64,000 nt of DNA from Candidatus Wirthbacteria bacterium (GCA_903889905.1 CAISZI010000008.1:40766-104765), one strand, 5' to 3'. Counted from the first letter of the stretch, positions 1 through 9,706 are shown. The notes: generated by a model from the letters alone, not told the origin. Translations and numbers: made by a program.

Positions 1-1726
1 CGACCACCGTTTTGAGCGCTTTCCCTTTGGTGTGGCCAATGCCTTCGCGCAGGGATTGTTCATGGGTTTTGTCCAGCAGTACCAGCACGTCGGCAACGGC
101 GGCAAGCTGTGCACCCACTTCGCGATGCAGACGAGCTGCATCATCCCCCAACTCCATCATGCCTTTGGTCACGACAACTTTACGGCCTTTTTTGTACTGT
201 TCCAGGTATTTAAGCGCTGCCAGGAATCCTGCCGGGTTGGTGGAATAACTGTCATCCACCACTTTGGTTCCGCTCACGCCACTGCGCAACACAATCGCTC
301 CGGCCACCGCGGTGATCTTGCCGGCAGCCGCGCCGATTTCCGGCAAACTCATGCCCATGCACAGTGCGCCACAAACAGCAGCCAGAAAATTGCTCACATA
401 TTGCGCCCCGATCACGGCTAGGTGCACGTGAATTTTTTCCGTCTTGTCCGTGCGGTTGTCGACCAGGTCAAATTCCACATGTTCGGTGCCTTCCTGAATA
501 TTCATGGCCAATACATCGGCACGGTGACCCGACACCTGATAGCGCCCTTTGGTGGAATAAAACATTTTTTTGCCATTGAACTTTTTGGCCATGGCGCGAC
601 AGTAATCGTTATCGGCGTTGAATACTGCCATGCCACCTTCGGGCAAAGCTTCGACAATTTCGTATTTGGCGGCAAGCGTACGCTCAATCGAACCAAACAA
701 GTCCAGATGCTGTTCATTGACCGCTGTCACGATCGCTACATGGGGTCGGGCGATTTGCGTCATTTCCTTGATTTCACTACCGGTATAGGCGCCCATTTCT
801 GCCACCAAAATTTGCGCCTTGGTATCAAAATCCTGACCAAGGATAAAGCTGGCCAGACCAATGGCTGTATTGTGATTTTTGGGTGAACGCATGACATTGA
901 ATTTGGCCACGAGCAAATCGGCGAGCATTTCCTTGGTGCTGCTTTTGCCGTAACTGCCGGTAATGCCTACCACCTGCAAATCAGCCATAGCGCGCAGTTT
1001 GGCATGCGCGGCCACCGCCTTGGCCTGGCGTTGCATCCGCGTCAGTGGCGCCAGCATCAAGACAGCCAGCGAGAGCAACGGGGAGAGCAGCAAGCTCAGT
1101 ATCGTCGCCCCAAAAACGAAGCCAATATGATAGCCAAAAAAAATGAGCAGGACATAGGCGAGTTGATACGGTGTTGCCAAAGCATAGCGCAATGAATGGC
1201 TCAAAGCGTGGTTAAAAATCAGATTGCCTGGATAAAACAGCACTGCCGGCGCGACCCCATAAAGCACCAACACCAGCACGACCAGGATCAGGATCAGTGC
1301 TTTCAAGGTTGGTTTGGGCAGGCGCACTCCTTCCTGGGAAACTTCGCGTGAATGCTGATAAATTTCCATGCCCCACCAGCCCACCATGGCCAGACTCAGC
1401 AGCGCCGCTGCCAGATAAAAATACTGGAACACCGCCGCAGTCAGGGCGGCATTGCCCATGGACGCCACTCCATAAAAAAGCACAAAACCACCGGTGAGCA
1501 AAAGCAGATAAACTTTCCGTATGAGCGGCGACAGCCCGCACCAAAGCCGCTTGCCGCTGTCAGTACGGCGATGAGCCTGCATACGATCGCGGCGGTATTC
1601 CTTGACCTGCCACCAGTAGACTATTTTGAACCCACGCAGCAATGTGCTGATGGCCCAAAAAAAGGGCATAATAATGGCCAGGACGAGTAATCCAGTACTG
1701 ATTTGACTGCTGATGTCACTGTTCAT
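1..1726 (-). CDS. murF: UDP-N-acetylmuramoyl-tripeptide--D-alanyl-D-alanine ligase with N-terminal membrane domain (3' end runs off the window)
   Basis: Translated by hand from ATG at 1726 (not in the ORF track). It shows VVGITGSYGKSSTKE (P-loop), VAEMGAY, VNEQHLDLFGS, VVDDSYSTNP and GMMELG, all MurF motifs. Confidence 0.9.
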   Translation of the reverse strand, partial: MNSDISSQISTGLLVLAIIMPFFWAISTLLRGFKIVYWWQVKEYRRDRMQAHRRTDSGKRLWCGLSPLIRKVYLLLLTGGFVLFYGVASMGNAALTAAVFQYFYLAAALLSLAMVGWWGMEIYQHSREVSQEGVRLPKPTLKALILILVVLVLVLYGVAPAVLFYPGNLIFNHALSHSLRYALATPYQLAYVLLIFFGYHIGFVFGATILSLLLSPLLSLAVLMLAPLTRMQRQAKAVAAHAKLRAMADLQVVGITGSYGKSSTKEMLADLLVAKFNVMRSPKNHNTAIGLASFILGQDFDTKAQILVAEMGAYTGSEIKEMTQIARPHVAIVTAVNEQHLDLFGSIERTLAAKYEIVEALPEGGMAVFNADNDYCRAMAKKFNGKKMFYSTKGRYQVSGHRADVLAMNIQEGTEHVEFDLVDNRTDKTEKIHVHLAVIGAQYVSNFLAAVCGALCMGMSLPEIGAAAGKITAVAGAIVLRSGVSGTKVVDDSYSTNPAGFLAALKYLEQYKKGRKVVVTKGMMELGDDAARLHREVGAQLAAVADVLVLLDKTHEQSLREGIGHTKGKALKTVV

Positions 1727-1737
1727 GCTAGCTTCCG

Positions 1738-2517
1738 TTAAAGTTTGAGCATCGACTGACTAAGTGGCTGCTCTCGGCATTGTGTCACCGCATCGACAAT
1801 TGTTTGCGGGTGGGTGAGATGCACACCATGCCGCGCACCTCTTTGGATCACAAGTTGCTTGGGGCCGGTAAGCAGTTCAAATATGCGTTTTCCATCACGA
1901 AGTGGCGTCATTGTATCCTGTTCGCCCCACACCAACAAGCACGGCGCCTGGATCTGTCCCACTAGCGTGGAGAGATCCTCTTCCACCACCTTGGCCATAA
2001 TCGCGCGCATCACTCCCGACGTTTGCTCATAATCGTGTGCTCGCGCCAATTGGTAAAGCAATCGACGGCCACGTGACTGCGGGTTATCGCCGATAAGCTG
2101 TTTACCAATGGCAGACAGATGTTTAAATAGCATTTTTTTGGTACGTGTCAGCACGTCATGATGCACAATGCCAGCCGCGGAGCACAAGATCAAACGGTCA
2201 ATCGCCGCCGGCTCCTTCGCCCCCAGGTAAATGCCGATCCTGCCTCCAAACGAATGCCCCAGCACCCAAAACGGTTGGTCCCAGTACTGCCGCCCCAATG
2301 CAAGCACCCATTTGGCATACTCTGCCACGCCCCAAACCTCATCCGGCGCTGGCGTCATTCCAAAACCCGGCAAATCTGGCGCCATCACGTCAAACCCATT
2401 GTCCGCCAGCGCCTTGATCACCGGCAGCCAGCGGGAAGCTTCACTACCCCAACCATGCAATAGCAGGAGCGGGATACCTTTGCCCTGACGGATCACGTGC
2501 GTCTGCTTCAATGCCAA
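1738..2517 (-). CDS. alpha/beta hydrolase
   Basis: LLLHGWG, DLPGFG, GHSFGG nucleophile elbow, WGEQD and a C-terminal His. Confidence 0.9.
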   Translation of the reverse strand: MALKQTHVIRQGKGIPLLLLHGWGSEASRWLPVIKALADNGFDVMAPDLPGFGMTPAPDEVWGVAEYAKWVLALGRQYWDQPFWVLGHSFGGRIGIYLGAKEPAAIDRLILCSAAGIVHHDVLTRTKKMLFKHLSAIGKQLIGDNPQSRGRRLLYQLARAHDYEQTSGVMRAIMAKVVEEDLSTLVGQIQAPCLLVWGEQDTMTPLRDGKRIFELLTGPKQLVIQRGARHGVHLTHPQTIVDAVTQCREQPLSQSMLKL

Positions 2518-2519
2518 AG

Positions 2520-3644
2520 TTACTTCACCTTCACTAGTAGGCTGTGTTTACTACCGGCTTTCGTTTGTCGCGCTTCGATATATATCCGCACCGATGTCAA
2601 AAACAGCATCGCGATCAGTGGCCCATAGATAAACCCGAGAAAACCAAACAGTTCAATCCCGCCCAAGACACTGATCAGGGTCAAAATCGGCGGCAGTTTG
2701 CCTTCGTCTGCTTCCAGGTATTTGGCGCGGATCAGATTGTCGACAGTACTGATCACCAGATGGCCAAATACGCCCAACACAACAGCCTTAAACCAATGCC
2801 CCTGCAGCGCCAGAATAATGGTAGCAGGCCACCAGATCAATCCGGAACCCATCGGAATCAGGGAGGCAATCATCATCATCACGCCCCAAAACACTGGCGC
2901 CGAAATGCCCAGCGCCCAAAACATCACGCCGCCCAGCGTGCCCTGAAACAACGCAATCACAAACGTTCCTTTGACCAGCGACCGGGTAGTCGATTCGAGC
3001 CGCTCCAAAAAAACCTTGTCGTGTTCGTCATACAGCGGGCTCATGGCTGTCACTTTGGCCAGGATGCGATCTTTGTCCTGGAACATATACATGAGGACAA
3101 AAAAGAAAATCACCACATTGGTCAAAAACTGTGCCGTATTCTGGACAAACGACAGCACCGATGAACTAAAAAAATCACCAACACGGCCAGTTATGGTGCG
3201 CAAAGCATTGATGACTTCGCTCTGTTGAAATACATCAGAAATTTTGTAATGCCCGGGAAATCGATCCAGGACACTCTGTCCTGTGGCAATTATCTGATCA
3301 AACCGAATATCTCCCCGCGCAATCGAATGGTTGAGCTGCAGCGCGTACGTCACCGCCTGGTTAGCCGAAATCGCAATAATCACGCCAAGCGGAATCAGAA
3401 TACAGAAAAAAACCGTAATCGTTGCCAGCAGCGATGCCCAGGAACGTTTACCGCCTGTCATTTTGAGCAGCGACAGATACAACGGATCAAACAGTAGCGC
3501 CACAATCAGCGCAAGTAGCAGCATGGTCAGGTATGGCCGCAGCACCAGGTACAGAAAAAAACCAAAGGCAGCCAGTACGGCCAGCACGGTCCACTGATAA
3601 TTGTTACTTTTCGCTTTTAAAAACATATTGCTTTCTTGGATCAT
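2520..3644 (-). CDS. AI-2E family (PerM-like) transporter
   Basis: Multiple TM segments; VISTVDNLIR and GGIELFGFLGFIYGPL motifs. Start is uncertain (3626, 3644 or 3650). Confidence 0.85.
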   Translation of the reverse strand: MIQESNMFLKAKSNNYQWTVLAVLAAFGFFLYLVLRPYLTMLLLALIVALLFDPLYLSLLKMTGGKRSWASLLATITVFFCILIPLGVIIAISANQAVTYALQLNHSIARGDIRFDQIIATGQSVLDRFPGHYKISDVFQQSEVINALRTITGRVGDFFSSSVLSFVQNTAQFLTNVVIFFFVLMYMFQDKDRILAKVTAMSPLYDEHDKVFLERLESTTRSLVKGTFVIALFQGTLGGVMFWALGISAPVFWGVMMMIASLIPMGSGLIWWPATIILALQGHWFKAVVLGVFGHLVISTVDNLIRAKYLEADEGKLPPILTLISVLGGIELFGFLGFIYGPLIAMLFLTSVRIYIEARQTKAGSKHSLLVKVK

Positions 3645-3710
3645 CACCAAACAACGGCATTATAACAAAGTTGACCCAATAAGCGGTAGGGTCGTCGCCA
3701 TTCTTCAAAT

Positions 3711-3745
3711 CTTCCCCTCCCACCTGGGGGAGGGCAGGGAGAGCG
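3711..3745. repeat. GC-rich palindromic repeat (CCCCTCCC-loop-GGGGGAGGG family), single copy
   Basis: cccctcccacctgggggagggcagggagag resembles the copies at 33.2, 46.2, 55.2 and 56.7 kb. Confidence 0.55.
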
Positions 3746-3750
3746 GTTGC

Positions 3751-4674
3751 CTAATTTGCATTCCCTAACTCGCCCACCAACTTTTCCAGCGCCCTGAAAT
3801 TCTGAACTTTTGCGTTCATCTGCGGCTCGGGCACCAGCCAGGTATCGGTTGCCCTAAAAACAGCCAGCAACGACTTCATTTGTTCCCGATCCGGCAAGAC
3901 GCCACTGGCAAAATCCTGCTCCGTGACGCCCTGGTGCGAATCCACCCCGTTGAATGGCGGCAGATTGGTAGTCACGTGGATCAATCCAACCGCATCTCGC
4001 AGTTGCAGTGCGGTGTCCAGTACGTAGGTAAACAAAAACTGACGATCCTCTGATATCTGCTGGGCGATCGTATGCCCAATGTCCAGACAGATCGGATACC
4101 CAGCCTTGGCCAGTTCAAAATATTTGGCCGTCTCCATGCCTTCGGCCTGCATCGGCACGACGTTACTGCGACCCTCGTAATCAAAATCGCTGGGCAAAAA
4201 ACGTGGCACTGTTTCAATGAACGGCACAACATTCCGCTCCAGAGCAAACTGCCGAATCCGCGGCATGAACCGCATCAACTGCGCAAAGCCCGCGTCCCGA
4301 TCAATCGGTTTTTCCTGGTCCAGTGTCCGGATGATGTGTTTATCCAAATCCAGTAAACTGACCCGATAAGACTCGGGATGAAAGTTCACATAATGCGCCT
4401 GCCAATGGCCGGCCAGCTCCAACGTGCGACACAGCGAAGTAAACGTTTTCTCGGCCAACCCATCGCGAGCGGACAAAAAGCTGGGAAAATATTTGCCCTC
4501 AATCGCATCCCAGTAGTGCAAACCAAAGGGAATGTGCTGTTGGGTCAAATAGTTAATCAGCCGGTCGTACCTGTCAGCCCAATCCAACCTGAACCAGATT
4601 TCGACACACTCCGGCGTAATCTGCTCAAACGTTGACTCCCAATCGGTCGGGCCGACTTTGACGCCAATTTTCAC
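3751..4674 (-). CDS. TIM-barrel protein, xylose isomerase/AP-endonuclease-2-like
   Basis: Candidate metal ligands in VNFHPE, FIET, CLDIGH, IHV and VPEP. The GTG start overlaps the upstream TGA (GTGA). Confidence 0.6.
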   Translation of the reverse strand: MKIGVKVGPTDWESTFEQITPECVEIWFRLDWADRYDRLINYLTQQHIPFGLHYWDAIEGKYFPSFLSARDGLAEKTFTSLCRTLELAGHWQAHYVNFHPESYRVSLLDLDKHIIRTLDQEKPIDRDAGFAQLMRFMPRIRQFALERNVVPFIETVPRFLPSDFDYEGRSNVVPMQAEGMETAKYFELAKAGYPICLDIGHTIAQQISEDRQFLFTYVLDTALQLRDAVGLIHVTTNLPPFNGVDSHQGVTEQDFASGVLPDREQMKSLLAVFRATDTWLVPEPQMNAKVQNFRALEKLVGELGNAN

Positions 4675-5324
4675 GCTGGGCCTGCTTTCCGCGCCAAAAT
4701 ATAAATCCACGCTACTTCTGGACGCCCTTTGGGATTGCGGTCAATTTCCCGGTATTGCTCGCATTGGGTTATTTCAAAACCACTTTTATCCAAATAATTG
4801 GCCAGCTCAGCTTGCGTATAATACCTAAAAAAACGGTCGTGTTGGGCCAGTTTGTCGTTGACGACGGCTGTGTCATAATCTCCTGTTTGAGCCTTTACCA
4901 GCAAATGCAGTATCCCTCCTTGTTTCAAGACTCGCGCAAATTCCGCAATGGCTTTCACCGCATCTGCTTTGGTTTCAAGGTGCACCAGCGAGGCATGTGC
5001 CCAAATACCATCAAACGAGTCATTTGCCAACGGTAATTGTAAAAAACTACCCTGAATGTATGTCGGCCCAGGATAATGCTGCTGTGCTTGGTCTAAGAGT
5101 CCCTGCGAAAGATCCAAACCAGTCACTTTAAAACCTGCCCGATGCAAAAAACCACTATCCCTCCCACCACCACATCCCGCATCCAATACAGCTCCATTGA
5201 TTGCCACCGCTTGTCGAAAATCCTCCAGCTGCCCAAGATTGACATGGTCATCAATCGTTTGGGCATACTTTGCTGCATTCTGGTCATACCAGGCAATGGT
5301 TGCTTTCAGTCCCATACTAGCCAT
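4671..5324 (-). CDS. class I SAM-dependent methyltransferase
   Basis: VLDAGCGGGRD and FDGIWAHASLVH; start placed by alignment to the upstream paralog. Confidence 0.9.
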   Translation of the reverse strand: MASMGLKATIAWYDQNAAKYAQTIDDHVNLGQLEDFRQAVAINGAVLDAGCGGGRDSGFLHRAGFKVTGLDLSQGLLDQAQQHYPGPTYIQGSFLQLPLANDSFDGIWAHASLVHLETKADAVKAIAEFARVLKQGGILHLLVKAQTGDYDTAVVNDKLAQHDRFFRYYTQAELANYLDKSGFEITQCEQYREIDRNPKGRPEVAWIYILARKAGPA

Positions 5325-5988
5325 TGGAGTTTTTTCCTTGTTGCTCGATCTTTCGCCCCAAAATATAAATCCACGCCACCTCGCTGCGGCCATTGGAATT
5401 GCGGTCGATTTCACTGTACTGGCTGGCTTTATCGATTTCAAAACCGGCGTCAGTCAAATATCCCACCAGTTCCTTTTGCGCATAATACCGAAAAAAGCGT
5501 TCATGATTGCTGAATTTATCGCTCACCACAGCCGTGTCATTTACTCCCACTTTGGCATGAACCACGACATGCAAAATTCCACGGGGTTTCAGAATCCGTT
5601 CAAATTCGGCGATAGCCTGAATCGTGTCATCAACTGTATCCATATGCACCAGCGACGCATGCGCCCAGATACCGTCCATGCTGTCGTCGGCCAGTTGCGT
5701 TGCCGTAAAGTCGCCCTGCACAAAGTTGATCGCGGGATAAGCCCTTTTGGCATAGCCAATCAAACCTGAAGACAAATCGATGCCAGTGATATCAAACCCT
5801 TCCTGGTGAAACAAGTTGCTGTCTCTACCGCCAGCCGACCCGGCATCCAGAATTTTGGCACCCGGTGCCAGCTGCTTTTTGAAATCAAGCAACTGATCAT
5901 ACGAAAACTTGTCGCGGATCAATGTCGCGTAAGCGGCGGCATTCTGGTCATACCATTCGATGGTTTCCTTGAGCCCCATGGTTGTCAT
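5317..5988 (-). CDS. class I SAM-dependent methyltransferase (tandem paralog)
   Basis: ILDAGSAGGRD and MDGIWAHASLVH. Confidence 0.9.
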   Translation of the reverse strand: MTTMGLKETIEWYDQNAAAYATLIRDKFSYDQLLDFKKQLAPGAKILDAGSAGGRDSNLFHQEGFDITGIDLSSGLIGYAKRAYPAINFVQGDFTATQLADDSMDGIWAHASLVHMDTVDDTIQAIAEFERILKPRGILHVVVHAKVGVNDTAVVSDKFSNHERFFRYYAQKELVGYLTDAGFEIDKASQYSEIDRNSNGRSEVAWIYILGRKIEQQGKNSNG

Positions 5989-6072
5989 AGCCTGTATATC
6001 CCAACCTAGATAATTGACAAAAATATTAATACGTTCGTGCTAAAAACCATTTGAGTCTGCCGAGTCTAAAAT

Positions 6073-6576
6073 TCACGTGATGCTTTCGGGCAATGATTTT
6101 ATCCTGGCAAAACCGACGCTTGCATAATACTTCACCCCCGGCGTCAAGCCAAATGCTGCTGCTTCCAGTTCCTCTTCACCAAACCAGCGCAGGGCTTCGT
6201 GTTCATCCGTCAGCGTCACGGCATTGGATCGGCTTTGGACAAAATAGATCAGATTCAAGTGCCGGTGCGTGCCCTCGACATTGGTAAAATGGATATCCAT
6301 AAAAGCTGGAGGGTACAGTGCTTTGACCTTGACCGGGTCGCCGATGACACCAGAGGCTGGTTTGCTGGACAGAATGCTGATATCCCTTGCCAACAATCCA
6401 GATTCTTCTTCGATCTCCCTTAGCAGTGCCTGATCAGAATCTTCGTCCAACTCAATGTGCCCGCCCACTGCCAACCACTTACCGCCGTATTTTTTGTGCT
6501 TGACCAGCAGGACCTTGTCCCCATGGTAAATATAGGCGGCAATAGTAAAATCAATCAAATCATGGATATGCGGCAT
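6073..6576 (-). CDS. NUDIX hydrolase
   Basis: Nudix box GGHIELDEDSDQALLREIEEESGL. Confidence 0.9.
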   Translation of the reverse strand: MPHIHDLIDFTIAAYIYHGDKVLLVKHKKYGGKWLAVGGHIELDEDSDQALLREIEEESGLLARDISILSSKPASGVIGDPVKVKALYPPAFMDIHFTNVEGTHRHLNLIYFVQSRSNAVTLTDEHEALRWFGEEELEAAAFGLTPGVKYYASVGFARIKSLPESIT

Positions 6577-6647
6577 ATTGCCCCCTAGCAATCATTTCTA
6601 ATCAATCTTTTATCAACACAGGACAATGCAATCTGGCACATTATTTT

Positions 6648-7124
6648 TTACTCTTTGATATTCGAAATCAATCCATCCGTTAGTTCCGCCAGCTGCGCCG
6701 GCGACAATCCAAATACGGCGTTGGGCATCCCTGCTGCAGCAAAAATCCGTTCAAACTGCATCAGGTCTTCATCAATCAAGATCGTCGCCGGTTCGCTGTG
6801 CCCGATCGGCGGTACACCGCCAATGGCGAAGCCTGTGTTTTCCTTCACGAAATCCGCATTCGCCCGTTTGACCTTCTCTCCAACCATCGCACTGACTTTG
6901 TCTATCGACACACGATTAATACCAGAGGTGATGACAATGACCAAACGGTTGGTTGCAACTGTGGCCAAGGCTATCGATTTGGCAATTTCAGCCACCTGGC
7001 ACCCAATCGCATCTGCTGCCTCCTGCGCTGTGTGAGTGGATTCGGGAAAAGTCACGACCTTGAGGTCTAATCCTTTGGCGAATAGCAGGTCCTGGATTTT
7101 TTGGGCGCTAGGGGGAAGCGGCAT
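6648..7124 (-). CDS. YbaK/EbsC family aminoacyl-tRNA deacylase
   Basis: THTAQEAA, IAKS and GFAIGGVPPIGH motifs. Confidence 0.9.
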   Translation of the reverse strand: MPLPPSAQKIQDLLFAKGLDLKVVTFPESTHTAQEAADAIGCQVAEIAKSIALATVATNRLVIVITSGINRVSIDKVSAMVGEKVKRANADFVKENTGFAIGGVPPIGHSEPATILIDEDLMQFERIFAAAGMPNAVFGLSPAQLAELTDGLISNIKE

Positions 7125-7127
7125 CCG

Positions 7128-7769
7128 TTATTTCCCTTGTTTATTGATAATTTCCAGAATCAACCTCATCTCGTCCACCACCCAATCCGGTTGGAATTCC
7201 CGTACATGATGCCCGTTTGGCCCAAAGGTGACGCCAATTGTTTTCATTCCCGCATTTTGGCCACCTCGGATATCTGCCTCACTATCACCAACCATCACCG
7301 CATTTGGAGGTTCAACCCCGAGCTTGCTGAGGGCCAGCAACAAAGCTTCAGGATGTGGTTTTTGTTGTTGTACGTCCGCTTCCCCAACCACCACATCGAG
7401 CAGCTTATCTAGACCCGATTGTTCCAAAACGCAATGCAAAGTCTTGGGTCCACGCGTCGTGACCAGACCCGTCTTGAACCCCGTTTCCCGCAGACTCTTC
7501 AAAATCGATAGCGAAGCAGGGAACAATTTGATCAATTGCACATTCTCCAGCTGAAACTGAGTGTGCGCGTCCCGCAGCTCTTCATAGTTAAGCCCCGGCG
7601 CCAATACCTGATAACAATCCCGCAGCGGTATCCCGATTAATTTCTTCATGGTCGCATGGTCAACACTGGCCACACCATTAAGTTTCAAAACATGGTCAAA
7701 AGCCTGCAGAATATACTCCGTCGTATCCGCCAGGGTCCCATCGAGATCAAACAGAACAGCTTTGAACAT
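7128..7769 (-). CDS. HAD-IA family hydrolase (PpaX/phosphoglycolate phosphatase-like)
   Basis: FDLDGTL, KPHPE, VMVGDSEAD. Confidence 0.9.
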   Translation of the reverse strand: MFKAVLFDLDGTLADTTEYILQAFDHVLKLNGVASVDHATMKKLIGIPLRDCYQVLAPGLNYEELRDAHTQFQLENVQLIKLFPASLSILKSLRETGFKTGLVTTRGPKTLHCVLEQSGLDKLLDVVVGEADVQQQKPHPEALLLALSKLGVEPPNAVMVGDSEADIRGGQNAGMKTIGVTFGPNGHHVREFQPDWVVDEMRLILEIINKQGK

Positions 7770-7807
7770 TGAATTCCCAAATTAAGCTAAAAATCGATAG
7801 CAAAAAA

Positions 7808-8296
7808 TTATGGCAGCACTTTCCATTCGTCCCAACTGATTTCCCTGCCCGGGTATGCCACTTTCGTAAATGGCCACTCTTCGGCCATCCAATGTTTGAC
7901 CGCTTGATAGAGGACTTCGTCCAAACCGTCATTATAAGCACTTTTTCTCACCCACAGGTATACCTCAACCTCAAATCCGTCCTTGACCGAAGGAAACAGG
8001 TAAACACAACCCAGACACTGGCTCTCATCCTGCGTCATCACCGTATAGGCAAAGGACGACCGCAGCTGAAATTCCTTGTGATGCCAGCCCAGATCGATTT
8101 GATCCTGCTCAAAGGATAAATCTCGAGGTGGCCACTCAATTCGCGACCCGAAAACTCCCTGCAAATGATCAATGCTGGTGATCACAGCCTCATAATCTTT
8201 GGCCACGTCCGTAATTTTCAACATCCGCAATTTGAATTGCACTGTCTCCAGCGTTGGTGGCACATCAAAATTCGGAGGGACAAAGGGCTTGACCAT
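7808..8296 (-). CDS. GNAT family N-acetyltransferase-like protein
   Basis: Resembles RimJ-like GNATs (LRML...DYEAV, FAYTV...CLGCVY). Confidence 0.65.
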   Translation of the reverse strand: MVKPFVPPNFDVPPTLETVQFKLRMLKITDVAKDYEAVITSIDHLQGVFGSRIEWPPRDLSFEQDQIDLGWHHKEFQLRSSFAYTVMTQDESQCLGCVYLFPSVKDGFEVEVYLWVRKSAYNDGLDEVLYQAVKHWMAEEWPFTKVAYPGREISWDEWKVLP

Positions 8297-8310
8297 GATC
8301 GCCTCTTTAT

Positions 8311-8886
8311 TTAAAATTTCCCCGACCTCTGCATGATAGCGGGAATCAGCTTCGCCGTAAAACCCATGCTCAGCAAATTATTCAATCCATGCAGCCCCAT
8401 CGTCGGCAGCAGCGACCGGGTCCTGAGCCTGATCCAGCCAAATACCGGTCCCACAATCAGCATAGTGTAAAACACTTGATAAAGCATCGTCGGTGGCGAA
8501 TAAACCATGGCATTTTTCAAATGATACAGCCCAAACAAAATCGAGGACAAAACAATCTTCTTGCGGTCGCTCCCTTTGATCTGCTCCATTATCCACCCTC
8601 GAAACAGCATTTCCTCCATGATCGGCGTCAATACTAGTCCCGCAAATGACTCCACCAAGCCAATGCGTGGATTGACCCAAACCAGCAACACTGCCATGAC
8701 CATCAATGCGACAAAAGTCAGGACAAAGTGTCGCTTCTCCACTTTTATTCCTGCCCGCCAAAGCAGTCCGATGATCACCAACTTCCAGACGATTGAAAAC
8801 AGTACCAGTTGAGAAAATCCCAACACCAGACTGGCGACAAAATACGATACAATCACCCCAATTAAGACACCAAGGTTTTTTTCCAT
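8311..8886 (-). CDS. CPBP (Abi/CAAX) intramembrane metalloprotease
   Basis: EEMLFRG, FGLYH and HGLNN motifs. Confidence 0.9.
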   Translation of the reverse strand: MEKNLGVLIGVIVSYFVASLVLGFSQLVLFSIVWKLVIIGLLWRAGIKVEKRHFVLTFVALMVMAVLLVWVNPRIGLVESFAGLVLTPIMEEMLFRGWIMEQIKGSDRKKIVLSSILFGLYHLKNAMVYSPPTMLYQVFYTMLIVGPVFGWIRLRTRSLLPTMGLHGLNNLLSMGFTAKLIPAIMQRSGKF

Positions 8887-8911
8887 CGTTTCAGTTTGTT
8901 AAAGCAATAAC

Positions 8912-8952
8912 AAAAAATCCTCTGTCCCCCGCACTCGCGAGAAACAGAGGAT
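8912..8952 (-). terminator. intrinsic terminator after the duplicated tRNA-Asn 3' end
   Basis: Stem atcctctgt/acagaggat followed by a T-run on the minus strand. Confidence 0.6.
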
Positions 8953-8970
8953 GGCTCCCCGGGTTGGGCT
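8948..8970 (-). repeat. 23-bp direct repeat of the tRNA-Asn 3' end (att-like)
   Basis: aggatggctccccgggttgggct is identical at 8948-8970 and 9056-9078. Confidence 0.85.
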
Positions 8971-9019
8971 TCCCCCTTCGCCAATAGGCTTCGGGGGACC
9001 ATGCTTCTCGCCCAGTTAC

Positions 9020-9061
9020 AAAACATCCTTCGTAACCCAAGTATTTGAGTGACGAAGGATG
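9020..9061 (-). terminator. intrinsic terminator directly after tRNA-Asn
   Basis: Stem catccttcgt/acgaaggatg then TTTT on the minus strand. Confidence 0.6.
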
Positions 9062-9134
9062 GCTCCCCGGGTTGGGCTCGAACCAACAACCTTGCGGTTA
9101 ACAGCCGCTTGCTCTACCATTGAGCTACCGAGGA
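9060..9134 (-). tRNA. tRNA-Asn(GTT)
   Basis: TCCTCGG/CCGGGGA acceptor stem, GCGGCT-GTT-AACCGC anticodon arm, GTTCGA, encoded CCA. Confidence 0.97.
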
Positions 9135-9207
9135 ACGCGAGGAGTATAATAACAAAAAGTGTCATTCTAAACAATACCGGGTCAATAAAGCCGATATTGG
9201 CATCAAT

Positions 9208-9615
9208 TTACGCCACAATCTTGATATCTTCGATCTCTACGCCCATTTGGATAGCGTCTTTCCAAGCAAGTGGCACAAAAGGAACTCTGAAATACTGACC
9301 ATAGCTCAAACTACCCTGTCTCAAATCAATCCCAATCGCCTCATCCCCACCATCCGAACCAATCAGCAGCATTCCCGGCACAGAGGCTTCGACTCGGTAA
9401 GCTTGATTCAGTTCAATAACCTCGGCCGCCTTCCAGATCACTACATAGCTGCCATTGGCGACCTGTCCTTCTAACCCGTTAGTTAACAGCAATAAACTCA
9501 AATAAGAATCAGGAAGTATCCCAGCGGCATACTTTTTGATCGGATCCAAATCTTGGTTAGTTGCCGGTGGATTGAGATGACATTTTTCAATAAACTTTTG
9601 CAAATTCTTGATCAT
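9208..9615 (-). CDS. SMI1/KNR4 (SUKH) family protein
   Basis: LNPPAT...LPDSYLSLLLLTNG...IGSDGGDEAIGID pattern. Confidence 0.8.
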   Translation of the reverse strand: MIKNLQKFIEKCHLNPPATNQDLDPIKKYAAGILPDSYLSLLLLTNGLEGQVANGSYVVIWKAAEVIELNQAYRVEASVPGMLLIGSDGGDEAIGIDLRQGSLSYGQYFRVPFVPLAWKDAIQMGVEIEDIKIVA

Positions 9616-9668
9616 AGGCCAAGCCAACCATAAATGGACAACTCTTTACCGCCAAAGATTCAGTGTAT

Positions 9669-9701
9669 AAAAAAAGGGACATATTTGGCGATATGTCCCT
9701 T
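9669..9701 (-). terminator. intrinsic terminator of rpoD
   Basis: aagggacatat/atatgtccctt stem with a T-tract on the minus strand. Confidence 0.8.
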
Positions 9702-9706
9702 CTGCA

